NCBI GenBank assembly: GCA_046754105.1
Contig: JBHHVD010000025.1
Span: 1-37,437 of the forward strand
Source: Candidatus Krumholzibacteriia bacterium
GTDB lineage: Bacteria; Krumholzibacteriota; Krumholzibacteriia; WVZY01
Reading direction: 5' to 3'
DNA length: 37,437 bases
Shown here: piece after piece, positions 1 to 9,208 of the stretch
How positions within the stretch are numbered: the stretch's first letter is position 1
Layout: each line of letters begins with the position of its first letter
Position numbers and translations under genes: made by a program
The notes under the pieces: model-generated
What the model was told of the DNA's origin: nothing
Database searches by the model: none
The model's input: the letters and a program-made list of their open reading frames with translations, nothing else

Positions 1-150
1 CGAACGGGCGCCCACCCGCGCGCAGGCTTTGAGCACGGGTGGGCTGTTCGCTGACAGGACCCGCATTGGGCCGCGCCGGATCCGCGCTCGCTCCTGCGAA
101 CGTACCGTCGACAACCCCCCGAGCCCACCCTTGGAACGCTCAGAGGGGGT
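1..150. repeat. Cluster of imperfect inverted repeats upstream of pdxA (REP/MITE-like or structured RNA; may be truncated at window start)
   Basis: cgaacgg..gcccacccgcgc (1-23) is largely complementary to gcacgggtgggctgttcg (33-50); gttcg..cagga (46-59) pairs with tcctgcgaac (92-101); accccccgagc (114-124) pairs with gctcagagggggt (138-150). Confidence 0.4.
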
Positions 151-204
151 GCGCCGATGCCGGCCGAGCCGGGGGCCGTAGACCGCGCCGGGAGAATCGG
201 AATC

Positions 205-1230
205 ATGAACGCAAGAGCGACGCAGCAGGCGAAACCCGTCATTGCAGTCACCTCCGGTGACCCCGGCGGCGTGGGGCCCGAGATAGTGGCAAAAATGTTT
301 GCGCGGCACCGGCCCGCGCGGTCGATTGCCTTGCTTGTCGGCTCGGCCCGGGTGCTCCAGCCGCTGCTGGAGGCGGCGGGTGGACGTATCGCGGTCATTG
401 ACGGGAGGGACGAGGGTGCCGTGCGCGAGCACCGCGGCAGGGTCGTGGTCCTCGATACGGGATGCCGCGCCCGGTACGCCCCCGGGCGTGACAGCCGGGG
501 GGGCGGGCGGCACGCGGGCACTGCCGTCGAGATGGCCTGCCGGCTCGCCGCGCGGGGCCTGGTCGACGCGCTGGTGACGGCGCCCATCTCCAAGCGCTCG
601 CTCGCGCTGGCCGGGTACCCGTTTACCGGTCACACGGAAATGTTTGCCGACTTCTTCGACGCCCCGGACTGCCAGATGGTCATGGTGTACCGTCACTTAC
701 GGGTTGTGCCGCTGACCCGGCACATCCCGGTGAGCGAGGTGAGCCGGGCGCTGTCGCAGGAGCGGCTCGTCAAGGCGCTCGGGGTCGTCGAGCGGGCGCT
801 CCGGGCAGAGTTCGGGATACCCGAGCCGCACATCGCCGTCTCGGCCCTCAACCCGCACGCCGGCGAGGGCGGAGTGGTGGGCCGGGAGGAAATCGACACC
901 ATCCAGCCGGCGCTGCGCCGGGCGCGGCGGATGGGGATCCACGTTACCGGTCCGGTCGCGGGCGATTCGCTGTTCCAACACGCCGGGAATGGCACGTTTG
1001 ATGCCCTTGTCTCGATGTATCACGACCAGGGCTTGATTCCATTCAAAATGGCGGCACGCCGGCGCGGGGTCAACGTCACCGTGGGGTTGCCCGTGGTGCG
1101 GACGTCCGTGGACCACGGCGTCGCATATGATATTGTGGGAAAGGGAGTTGCAAGTACGGCCAGCCTGAAGGCCGCATATCGCCTTGCCGCAGAACTGGTG
1201 ACGCGGCGCATAATGGGCGGCCGCGAGTAA
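205..1230 (+). CDS. pdxA: 4-hydroxythreonine-4-phosphate dehydrogenase
   Basis: N-terminal IAVTSGDPGGVGPEI; metal-binding motifs GHTE, LNPHAGE, MYHDQG; VRTSVDHG. Start taken at ATG 205 (gggaga upstream); ATG 157 is an alternative. Confidence 0.93.
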   Translation: MNARATQQAKPVIAVTSGDPGGVGPEIVAKMFARHRPARSIALLVGSARVLQPLLEAAGGRIAVIDGRDEGAVREHRGRVVVLDTGCRARYAPGRDSRGGGRHAGTAVEMACRLAARGLVDALVTAPISKRSLALAGYPFTGHTEMFADFFDAPDCQMVMVYRHLRVVPLTRHIPVSEVSRALSQERLVKALGVVERALRAEFGIPEPHIAVSALNPHAGEGGVVGREEIDTIQPALRRARRMGIHVTGPVAGDSLFQHAGNGTFDALVSMYHDQGLIPFKMAARRRGVNVTVGLPVVRTSVDHGVAYDIVGKGVASTASLKAAYRLAAELVTRRIMGGRE

Positions 1231-1232
1231 CC

Positions 1233-2003
1233 ATGGAACACCGAAACGTTATCGGCATATACCACCTTTCGAAACGGTACGACGATCGCATCATCCTGCG
1301 TAACGTCAATTGCCACGTGGCCAACGGCGAATTCGTCTTTCTCGTCGGTCCCAGCGGGGCGGGCAAGAGTACGCTGCTGCGCATGGTCTACATGGACGAG
1401 TTTCCCACCGAGGGACAGGTTATCGTGGGACCGTTCGTCTCCACGTCCATGAACCGCCGGCAGATTCCGTACCTCCGCCGCAAGATCGGCGTGGTCTTTC
1501 AGGATTTCAAACTGCTCGAGGACCGCGACGTCTTCGAAAACATCGCCATCGCGATGCGGGTGACGGGGGCGAGCAATTACGCCATAAAAAAACGCGTCAT
1601 GCAGGTGCTTACCCAGGTGGGGTTGTATCACAAGCGCAACGATCTTCCCGTGAAACTGTCCGGCGGAGAACAGCAGCGCATCGCGATCGCGAGGGCGGTC
1701 GCGAACAGCCCCGAGATCCTCCTGGCGGACGAGCCCACGGGCAATCTCGACCCGGAGGTTACCGATGAAATCCTGCAGTTGCTGTTGCGGATCAACAGCG
1801 CGGGGACCGCAGTGCTCATGGCCACCCACGACCACGCGCTGGTGAAAAACTACGGACAGCGCATCATCTTTCTGCGCGACGGCACCATCGAGGAGGATCT
1901 GCGGCTTTCCGAGCAAGGATTCTCCAGGGAGCGCCTCGACGCCATTCGCATGGGCGGAGAGGCTGCCGTGTGGGGCGAGCAGCCCCCGGGAGGGAACCGT
2001 TGA
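1233..2003 (+). CDS. ftsE: Cell division ABC ATPase FtsE
   Basis: Walker A GPSGAGKST, LRRKIGVVFQDFKLL, LSGGEQQR, LLADEPTGNLD, MATHD; followed by an ftsX-like gene. Confidence 0.95.
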   Translation: MEHRNVIGIYHLSKRYDDRIILRNVNCHVANGEFVFLVGPSGAGKSTLLRMVYMDEFPTEGQVIVGPFVSTSMNRRQIPYLRRKIGVVFQDFKLLEDRDVFENIAIAMRVTGASNYAIKKRVMQVLTQVGLYHKRNDLPVKLSGGEQQRIAIARAVANSPEILLADEPTGNLDPEVTDEILQLLLRINSAGTAVLMATHDHALVKNYGQRIIFLRDGTIEEDLRLSEQGFSRERLDAIRMGGEAAVWGEQPPGGNR

Positions 2004-2869
2004 GCTTCCACCAGCTGGCATACCTGGCGAGGGAATCCGTCCGCACGCTCCGGCGCCACAAAGGCATCATGTCGCTTTCCATTATCATCATGAGCCTCTC
2101 ACTGCTCGTGCTGGCCGTGTTTCTCCTGGCGACGGATAACGTCACAGCCCTGCTCGACAAGACGGTTCGGGATTTTCGGGTCTACGTCTACCTCGAAGAC
2201 GGCATGGCGCAGGAGACCATAGAGGAATACCACCGCGCGCTCTTTGCGATGGACGGCGTGGAAACGATCCAGTTCGTGTCGAAGGCCGAGGCGCTGCTCG
2301 AATTCAGGGAAGAGCTCGGCGCGGAACAGTACGTTCTGGAAACGCTGCGGGCGAATCCGCTGCCGGCGTCGTTTCGAGTTACGCTAAAGGGCGGTTTCGC
2401 GGACAAGGATCGTATCGAAACATTTGCGAGGGAAGTGGGCGCGATGGGCGCGGTCGAAGAGGTCAACTACGGCAAGGATTTTATGGAACGGTTTTCGTTT
2501 CTGGCGCGCATCTTCATGTACGTGGACGCGGTGCTGGGTGGAATCGTAGTCCTCTCTTCCGTCTTTATCATTTCCAACACCGTACGGCTGACCATTCTCA
2601 GCCGGCGCAGATCCATAGAGATCCTGAAGCTCGTGGGGGCGACCAACCTCTTTATCACCACGCCGTTCATCATGGAGGGCGCCTTCCAGGGAGGGCTGGC
2701 GTCGATGCTCTCGCTCGGCATGCTGGTGGGGATATACGTCGTATGCCAGAACATTCTCCCGGACGTGGCGTTTCTGGCGCCGGACCGAATCCTCCTGTAC
2801 GTCGCAACCTGTGTCGGCCTCGGCGCCCTGGGCAGCTACGCGGCGTTGAGGCGTTTCCTGAAACTCTGA
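2000..2869 (+). CDS. ftsX: Cell division permease FtsX
   Basis: Four TM segments, VSKAEAL, NPLPASF, ISNTVRLTILSRRRSIEILKLVGAT, PFIMEG; TTG start at 2000 overlaps the ftsE TGA, with ggaggg SD upstream. Confidence 0.95.
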   Translation: MSFHQLAYLARESVRTLRRHKGIMSLSIIIMSLSLLVLAVFLLATDNVTALLDKTVRDFRVYVYLEDGMAQETIEEYHRALFAMDGVETIQFVSKAEALLEFREELGAEQYVLETLRANPLPASFRVTLKGGFADKDRIETFAREVGAMGAVEEVNYGKDFMERFSFLARIFMYVDAVLGGIVVLSSVFIISNTVRLTILSRRRSIEILKLVGATNLFITTPFIMEGAFQGGLASMLSLGMLVGIYVVCQNILPDVAFLAPDRILLYVATCVGLGALGSYAALRRFLKL

Positions 2870-2881
2870 CCCCGGGCCGCC

Positions 2882-4126
2882 GTGTTACCAGCAAACCTCT
2901 TCAATAGGGCCGTCATCCTTGTTCGCCGAGCCGCCGGGCGGCGCGCGCCGACCTTGGGCGTGCTGGCCGCCGTCCTCGCCGCGTGTCTCGCGCCTGATGC
3001 GGCGGTGCAGGCGCAGCCCCCGCGGCGGTCCCTGGCGCGCAAGATTACGAACCAGCAGCAAGAGCTCGAAAAGATCCGAAAGAACATCGAGCGCCTGCGC
3101 CGCAAGAACTCGCAGCTCAAGCGGGAAGAGCAAAGCATGATGCAGCAACTGTCGAGCCTCGACAGGGAGATCTCCCTCGCCGGCAAGCTCATTGCGGGGC
3201 TCGAAGAAAGAGAGCAGCTTCTTGGCGAGCAAATCGACAGCCTGCGCATCAGCATCGAACACGAGGGCGGCACGCTCGAACAACAGCGAGCGCGGCTCGC
3301 AGCGCGCCTGCGGCAGATGTACAAAAGGGGGCCCAATCACCGGTGGCAGGTCATACTGGGCAGCGCGAACCTTCAGGAAGCCTTTCAGAAGTACAAGTTC
3401 ATGGGGCTCATCGCCGAACGGGACGCGGGCCTCGTCGAAGAAGTGCGGGGCCGCAAGTCGTGGCTGGAGCAGGAGCGTGTGCTGTTGACCGAGGCGATGG
3501 CGGATGTGGTGACGCTCAAGACGCAGCGGGTCGACGAGAGCAACAGGATGAAGAGCAACAAGAAAACTCGCGTGTCGATGCTAAAACGCATCCGCGGCGA
3601 GAAAGCCAAGCACACGCAAGCCATCGCGGAGTTGAAGAAATCCGAGGAGAAGTTGAAAGACCTGATCGGCGACCTCGAGCGCAAACGGCTCAGCGGGGAC
3701 ACCGGCGTTCCACTCGCCGGGGAATTCACAAGCCTCAAGGGCAAGCTGATGCGGCCGGTCAAGGGCCGGGTGACGCGGCAGTTCGGCCAGGACCGGCATC
3801 CCAAGTTCGGCACCGTCACGTTCAACAACGGTATCAACATAAAAGCGCCGGCCGGAACGCCCATCCGCTCGGTGGCCCCGGCAAAAGTCGAGTTCGTGGA
3901 CTGGATTACCGGCTACGGAAACTGTATTATCCTGAACCACGGGGACGGGTATTATACGCTCTACGCCCACGCCTCCAAGATCTTCGTCGAACCGGGCCAG
4001 ATCGTGGCGGCGGGTGACGTGATCGCCGAGGTGGGTGACAGCGGCTCGTTGAACGGCTACGAGTGCCACTTCGAGATTCGCAAGTCCAAAGAGGCGCTGA
4101 ACCCGACGGAGTGGTTTTCCAGGTAG
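2882..4126 (+). CDS. envC: EnvC-like murein hydrolase activator (signal peptide, coiled coil, M23/LytM domain)
   Basis: Long coiled coil then NGINIKAPAGTPIRSV..GYGNCIILNHGDGYYTLYAH..CHFEIR; HxxxD zinc motif degenerate (NNGIN) as in EnvC; directly after ftsEX. Confidence 0.85.
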   Translation: MLPANLFNRAVILVRRAAGRRAPTLGVLAAVLAACLAPDAAVQAQPPRRSLARKITNQQQELEKIRKNIERLRRKNSQLKREEQSMMQQLSSLDREISLAGKLIAGLEEREQLLGEQIDSLRISIEHEGGTLEQQRARLAARLRQMYKRGPNHRWQVILGSANLQEAFQKYKFMGLIAERDAGLVEEVRGRKSWLEQERVLLTEAMADVVTLKTQRVDESNRMKSNKKTRVSMLKRIRGEKAKHTQAIAELKKSEEKLKDLIGDLERKRLSGDTGVPLAGEFTSLKGKLMRPVKGRVTRQFGQDRHPKFGTVTFNNGINIKAPAGTPIRSVAPAKVEFVDWITGYGNCIILNHGDGYYTLYAHASKIFVEPGQIVAAGDVIAEVGDSGSLNGYECHFEIRKSKEALNPTEWFSR

Positions 4127-4142
4127 CAGGAGGGCAGCGGTA

Positions 4143-5258
4143 ATGGCCACGGGCAAGGAAACCAAAAGAGACGCCTTTCCCGCCGACCGGTTGGGACAGG
4201 AAAGCGCGCAGGCGTTCCTCGACGCGTGCCTCGGAGGCACGCTCCCGTGCCTTCTCTTTACCGGGCCCGAAGGCGTCGGCAAGGAGCGCCTCGCGATCGA
4301 CTTCGCCCGCCGGCTGTGCTGCGCGAGCGAACCCGCGTGCCGGCCGGAGGGGACACCGTGTGACAGCTGCCGTGCGGCGCTCGCCCTATCGCACCCCGGA
4401 ATTCACCTGGTGTATCCCACGCCGACACAGGGAACCGGCGAGAAGGAGGGAGACGACGAGCCGGATATCGGCAAGGTGCTCGAGGAAAAACGCAGGGATA
4501 TTTTCAGCACCCATGTTTTCAAGAAAAAAGCCTCCATCCGCGTCGCCCGCGCCCGGGCCGTTATCAAACGGGCGCACTCAAAACCGTTCAACAGCCCTTA
4601 CAACGTCTTCATTATAGTAGACGCACATCTCATGCGCGAAGAGGCGCAAAACGCGCTGCTCAAGCTCGTTGAAGAACCGCCCGCGCACTGCGCGCTGATC
4701 CTGGTAACGCACACTCCCGACGCGATTCTCCATACGATCCGCTCGCGGTGCCAGCGTGTCCGTTTCGCCCCGCTTCGTCCGGAGGTGCTGGAAGCGCTGC
4801 TGGTGACCCACGACGGTACTGCGCCGGGCACCGCGGCCCGCGCCGCCGGCCTGGCCCAGGGAAGTTACAAACGCGCCCGGCGTGTCGTCAACGAGGACAG
4901 CGATGACGAAAGAAGAAATGCCTACGAGATCCTGGAGAGGATTCCCGGCGCTTCCGAATCCTGGTTGATCGGCAGTGCCCTGACGGTTGCGAGGGGTGCG
5001 TCCCGCGACGGGGTCGCCCGATTTCTCCACGAGTTCGCGCTGGCGTACCGCGACATCATGACCGGTGATACGTCGCTCTATATCAACCGGGATCAGGCGG
5101 CGCTGCTCGACGCCCAACGCGACAAGTGGGACCGGCAGCGGCTACCCGCCATCGTGGATCGCATCACGTGGACCCGCGACGAAATCCTCCGCCGTAACCT
5201 CAACATGGACGCCGCCCTAACCCATCTCTTCCTTGATATCAAGCATTTGGGGTGCTAG
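4143..5258 (+). CDS. holB: DNA polymerase III subunit delta'
   Basis: LLFTGPEGVGK, Cys cluster then HPGIH, AQNALLKLVEEPP, TIRSRCQ; upstream of metG-tatD. Confidence 0.92.
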   Translation: MATGKETKRDAFPADRLGQESAQAFLDACLGGTLPCLLFTGPEGVGKERLAIDFARRLCCASEPACRPEGTPCDSCRAALALSHPGIHLVYPTPTQGTGEKEGDDEPDIGKVLEEKRRDIFSTHVFKKKASIRVARARAVIKRAHSKPFNSPYNVFIIVDAHLMREEAQNALLKLVEEPPAHCALILVTHTPDAILHTIRSRCQRVRFAPLRPEVLEALLVTHDGTAPGTAARAAGLAQGSYKRARRVVNEDSDDERRNAYEILERIPGASESWLIGSALTVARGASRDGVARFLHEFALAYRDIMTGDTSLYINRDQAALLDAQRDKWDRQRLPAIVDRITWTRDEILRRNLNMDAALTHLFLDIKHLGC

Positions 5259-5261
5259 AAT
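5233..5261 (+). promoter_or_regulatory. Putative sigma70 promoter for metG inside the holB 3' end
   Basis: TTGATA (5233-5238), 17 bp, TAGAAT (5256-5261) with extended -10 TG; the -10 box contains the holB stop codon. Confidence 0.55.
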
Positions 5262-5316
5262 CCTCGGGCTTTATGCCCCTTTCCGCTCGTCCCGCACGCT
5301 TGAGGAGCCATCAGAC

Positions 5317-6855
5317 TTGCAGACGTACTACGTAACGACCGCCATCGACTACGTGAACGCGCGGCCGCACCTGGGGACCGCCTACGAGAAGATCGGTGCC
5401 GACTGTCTCGCCCGTTACAAACGGCTGGCCGGGTTCGACACCTATTTCCTCATGGGCACGGACGAGCACAGCACCAACGTCGAAAAAGAGGCGAGGCGCC
5501 TCGGCAAGTCCCCGCAGGATTACTGCCGGGAGATGGCGTCGGAGTTCGAGAGAGTATGGGCGCGGCTGAACATTTCCTACGACCAGTTCATCCGCACCGA
5601 GGACCCGCGGCATGTAACGGCCGTTCAGAGCCTTTTCCAGACGATCTACGACAACGGGTACATTTACCAGGGCGCCTACGAGGGCTACTACTGCGTATCG
5701 TGCGAAGAGTTCAAGCTCGAAAAGGACCTGGTAGACGGTCTGTGCCCGCGTCACGAGGAAAAACCGGAGTGGCTCGAGGAGGAAAACTATTTCTTCGCCT
5801 TGTCGAAATTCGGTGCCCGCCTCAAGCAGCTCCTGACCGGTGACCCCGAGTTTGCGCGGCCCGCCAAGCGGCGCAACGAGTTGATGAACGTTATCGACGC
5901 GGGCCTCGAAGACGTCAGCGTCTCGCGGTCGGGAAAGGAATGGGGCGTGCCGCTGCCGGTGGGCGACGGCCAGGTGGTCTACGTGTGGTTCGACGCCCTG
6001 ATCAACTATATATCCGCCCTGGGCTTCGGCGGGGACGACGACGAGAGATTCAAGAAATACTGGCCCGCGGACTGCCACGTCATCGGCAAGGACATAACAC
6101 GCTTTCATTGTCTCATCTGGCCCGCGATGCTCATGGCCGCCGGTCTGCCGGTGCCGAAGAGCGTGTTCGGACACGGCTTCGTCTATTCGCGCGGCACCAA
6201 GATGAGCAAAACGCTGGGCAACATCCTCGACCCGATCGAGCTGGCGGAGTACTTCGGGAGCGCGGATGTGCTGCGGTACCTCCTGCTGAGGGAAATCGCG
6301 TTCGACCGCGACGGGGACTTTACGATCGAGCAGGCGATTACCCGTTACAATGCGGAACTGGCCAACGAGTTGGGCAACCTGTTTTCGCGCGCGTTGTCGA
6401 TGGTTCAGCGGTACCGCAAAGGGGCCGTTCCCGGGTGGGATGCGCAGGGCGAGGGAGACTACGCGCGGCTCACCGAAGGCGTGGTCGAGGCGTACCGGCA
6501 GAGCATGGACGCGCTGGCGTTCGACCGGGGACTGGCGGCTCTGTGGAAAGCGATCCAGGGAGCCAACCGCTACGTGGAAGAGAAGAAACCATGGGAACTC
6601 GCGCGCGGCGGCGACCCGGCGGCGCTGGACACCGTCCTCCGCGTACTGCTCGAGGTCTTGCGCTTGAGCTCGATACTTTGTATACCCTTTATGCCGACGA
6701 AGGCCGTGGAAATGAGGGAGCAGCTGGGCCTGGAAGGCCGCATCGAAACACTCTCTCTCGGGGAGGCCGAAAGCCCGGGCGATACGGGGTGGAAATCGGT
6801 GAACGACCCGGCGCCGCTCTTCCCGAAGATGGAACTGCCCGCGGTGGAATCATGA
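5317..6855 (+). CDS. metG: Methionine--tRNA ligase (short form without C-terminal tRNA-binding domain)
   Basis: YYVTTAIDYVNARPHLGT (HIGH-like), GTDEH, YVWFDALINY, IGKDITRFH, KMSKT; TTG start at 5317 with gaggag SD at 5302-5307. Confidence 0.96.
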   Translation: MQTYYVTTAIDYVNARPHLGTAYEKIGADCLARYKRLAGFDTYFLMGTDEHSTNVEKEARRLGKSPQDYCREMASEFERVWARLNISYDQFIRTEDPRHVTAVQSLFQTIYDNGYIYQGAYEGYYCVSCEEFKLEKDLVDGLCPRHEEKPEWLEEENYFFALSKFGARLKQLLTGDPEFARPAKRRNELMNVIDAGLEDVSVSRSGKEWGVPLPVGDGQVVYVWFDALINYISALGFGGDDDERFKKYWPADCHVIGKDITRFHCLIWPAMLMAAGLPVPKSVFGHGFVYSRGTKMSKTLGNILDPIELAEYFGSADVLRYLLLREIAFDRDGDFTIEQAITRYNAELANELGNLFSRALSMVQRYRKGAVPGWDAQGEGDYARLTEGVVEAYRQSMDALAFDRGLAALWKAIQGANRYVEEKKPWELARGGDPAALDTVLRVLLEVLRLSSILCIPFMPTKAVEMREQLGLEGRIETLSLGEAESPGDTGWKSVNDPAPLFPKMELPAVES

Positions 6856-7613
6856 TCGACTCGCACGTTCACCTCAATCACCCGGAGTTCGAGGACGATT
6901 TTGACGCCGTCGTCCAGCGGGCGCTCGACGCCGGGGTCACCCGCATGGTCAATATCGGCTTCGACGTGGATTCGTCGCGGGAGACCGCCGCGCTCGTCGA
7001 AAAATATCCCTTCCTTGACGGTGCGGTGGGGGTTCATCCCCACGACGCAAAGACGTATAATGCCGAGGCGGAAAAGGGACTCGCCGACCTGCTCGGACGG
7101 CCCGGGATACTGGCGGTGGGGGAGATCGGCCTCGACTACTATCGCGATTTGACGCCCCGGGACCGGCAGCGGGACGTGTTCCGGCGGCAGATCGGTCTGG
7201 CGAAAAGGATGAACAAACCGATTATCATCCACTGCCGCGACGCCTTCGACGACGTGGTCTCGGTACTGCGGGAAGAGGGTCCACCGTGGCGGGGCATCTT
7301 TCACGCGTTTACCGGCGACGCGGAGATGGCCGGCACCGTCCTCGATATGGGTTTTCATATCGGTGTGGGCGGCGTGGTGACGTTTCGCAACTCCGGGCTC
7401 TCGCAGGTGGTCGCGGGGCTCCCCGCGGACGCGATCGTTCTGGAAACGGACTGCCCGTACCTGACACCGGCCCCGTTCCGGGGCAAACGCAACGAGCCGG
7501 GGTATCTCACCTATGTCGTCAAAAAAATCTCCGAGGCAACAAATCGGTCCGTGGATGCGATAATGGAGAAGACCACTCAAAACTTTGCCAGCGCCATGGG
7601 GCTGGCGAGCTAG
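6852..7613 (+). CDS. tatD: TatD family hydrolase/DNase
   Basis: MIDSHVHL, GVHPH, VGEIGLDYY, IIHCRDA, IFHAF, ETDCPYL, RGKRNEP; ATG 6852 overlaps the metG TGA. Confidence 0.95.
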   Translation: MIDSHVHLNHPEFEDDFDAVVQRALDAGVTRMVNIGFDVDSSRETAALVEKYPFLDGAVGVHPHDAKTYNAEAEKGLADLLGRPGILAVGEIGLDYYRDLTPRDRQRDVFRRQIGLAKRMNKPIIIHCRDAFDDVVSVLREEGPPWRGIFHAFTGDAEMAGTVLDMGFHIGVGGVVTFRNSGLSQVVAGLPADAIVLETDCPYLTPAPFRGKRNEPGYLTYVVKKISEATNRSVDAIMEKTTQNFASAMGLAS

Positions 7614-7637
7614 CAGGCACGACCGCGCGGAGGCGCT

Positions 7638-8057
7638 ATGGAACCAGGATGCGAGCATACGGAAGGAAGCCCGATTGGAAAATGCGCGATCTGCGACCGC
7701 ACGGTTTGCAGTGATTGCTACCGGGACGTTTTCAACTCGATGATCTGCGACCTCCACCAGGAGCTCGAAGATGAGGCGGAATGGGAGCTGGTGGGATTCT
7801 ATTCGGAGACATCGATGCTGGTGCAAAGACGATACGCACTCGAGGAGAACGGCATCACTTCTCTGGTCACGGAGCCCGACGAAGAGAGCATCGAATTGTA
7901 CGTGCCCGGTGATGAAAGGGACGACGCATTCGAGGCACTCAAAGGCCTGGGCGAAGAAACCGTCGAGTGTTCGGATTGTCAGATACAATTCTCGTTGGGT
8001 CTCGGCGCCTGCCCGGTCTGCGGGGTCAAATCGGTTCAGGTGAAAGGCGAGGGCTAG
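7638..8057 (+). CDS. Small acidic multi-zinc protein: B-box-like finger, DUF2007-like domain, C-terminal Zn ribbon
   Basis: C-x-H-x8-CxxC-x4-CxxC-x9-CxxH; W..V...LEENGI....ELYVP..E.D.A.E.L; CSDC..CPVCG; ggagg SD. Confidence 0.75.
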   Translation: MEPGCEHTEGSPIGKCAICDRTVCSDCYRDVFNSMICDLHQELEDEAEWELVGFYSETSMLVQRRYALEENGITSLVTEPDEESIELYVPGDERDDAFEALKGLGEETVECSDCQIQFSLGLGACPVCGVKSVQVKGEG

Positions 8058-8073
8058 AAAGGACGTAGACGCG

Positions 8074-8958
8074 ATGAAGGTTCTGGTTACGGGTGGTACG
8101 GGCTACGTGGGCAGCAGGCTTCGCGAGTCATTGCGCGCAGCCGGCCACGACGTACGTCTCCTGGTACGGCGGGGAAGCGAGCACAAGGTCACGGAACCGG
8201 ACGCCTACGAGATTACCCAGGGTGATATTTTCAACACCAATGCGTGCCTTCGTGCATGTGACGGCGTCGACGGCGTCGTGAACCTCGTCGGTATCATCCG
8301 CGAGCAGCGGTCCCGGGGTGTTACTTTCGACCAGTATCATCGCGTGGCGGCCGGGAACATTCTGGACGCGGCCCGGCGTATGGGGGTCGAGCGATTTATC
8401 CACATGAGCGCGTTGGGAGTGCGTAAGGATGCGCGGTCCGCGTACCACCGGACGAAGTACGCCGGGGAACGGCTGGTCAGGGAATCGCCGCTGCGGTGGA
8501 CGATCTTCAGACCATCCCTGATATTCGGCGCCGGATGTGCGTTTACCGAACAGATCATGGCGCTCGTCCGCAAACCCCTGGTGCCCCTCGTCGGGGGCGG
8601 GCGGACGCTCTTTCAGCCGGTGTCTCTCGATGACACCAGCGCCTGTGTCACGAAGGCATTGGCGATGCCCGAAACCCAGAATCAGACCTACGAACTGGGC
8701 GGCCCCGACCGGTTGTCACTCAGCAAAATCGTACACGAAGTCGCGGACGCGATCGGCAAACCCATCAAGACGATGAACGTTCCCATGTGGTCCGCCCGTC
8801 CCCCGGTCAAGATCATGGAGCGGTTCGACTCCTTTCCCGTGACGAGCGACCAGCTGCGCATGCTAACGGAAGACAACGTCTGCGAGATCGACCACTACGT
8901 AAAAACCTTCCACCTCGAACCGAAGTCGTTCCTGCGCGCGCTTCCCGGGCTCGTCTAG
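8074..8958 (+). CDS. NDUFA9-like atypical SDR / NAD-dependent epimerase family protein
   Basis: VLVTGGTGYVG Rossmann motif, VVNLVGII.E, FIHMSALG, YHRTK, WTIFRPSLIFG, FQPV, YELGGP. Confidence 0.9.
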   Translation: MKVLVTGGTGYVGSRLRESLRAAGHDVRLLVRRGSEHKVTEPDAYEITQGDIFNTNACLRACDGVDGVVNLVGIIREQRSRGVTFDQYHRVAAGNILDAARRMGVERFIHMSALGVRKDARSAYHRTKYAGERLVRESPLRWTIFRPSLIFGAGCAFTEQIMALVRKPLVPLVGGGRTLFQPVSLDDTSACVTKALAMPETQNQTYELGGPDRLSLSKIVHEVADAIGKPIKTMNVPMWSARPPVKIMERFDSFPVTSDQLRMLTEDNVCEIDHYVKTFHLEPKSFLRALPGLV

Positions 8959-8961
8959 CGT

Positions 8962-9147
8962 CGTGCTCCGGAGATTCCCGGTCTGGTGGCGGGCGCCTGC
9001 CGGCGGGGGCGCTCCGGCTCAGACAGTCCTCGCGCGCCGATGAGAGACATGTTGCCTGCCCCGCCAGTCCGTCGGCGGTCGGCGCGCTGCGGAACTCGCC
9101 GTCGACCCCCGCCCGCCGGCGCCCGGCCGCCCGCCGATTCCAGCACG
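8962..9147. repeat. ~186-bp nested palindromic intergenic element (REP/MITE-like or structured ncRNA/ssDNA)
   Basis: Arms cgtgct/agcacg (8962-8967/9142-9147), gggcgcc/ggcgccc (8991-8997/9118-9124), ggcggggg/cccccgcc (9002-9009/9106-9113), cggc/gccg (9015-9018/9098-9101), gcgcgccgat/gtcggcgcgc (9032-9041/9078-9087). Confidence 0.7.
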
Positions 9148-9179
9148 GATCTTGCATGGTGAAACACGCATTCCCGTTC

Positions 9180-9208
9180 TTGACGGCGGGCACGATCTGC
9201 GCTATAAT
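9180..9208 (+). promoter_or_regulatory. Sigma70-type promoter of the rsmA-barrel-lipoprotein operon
   Basis: TTGACG (9180-9185), 17 bp, TATAAT (9203-9208). Confidence 0.8.

Noticed and set aside
5940..6851. N-terminal extension of the 557-aa ORF overlapping metG
   Set aside because: Shadow frame; TatD homology begins at ATG 6852
9141..9157. cagcacggatcttgcat as a sigma54 promoter
   Set aside because: Lacks the invariant GG at -25/-24 (AG); overlaps the end of the palindromic element, and a strong sigma70 promoter follows
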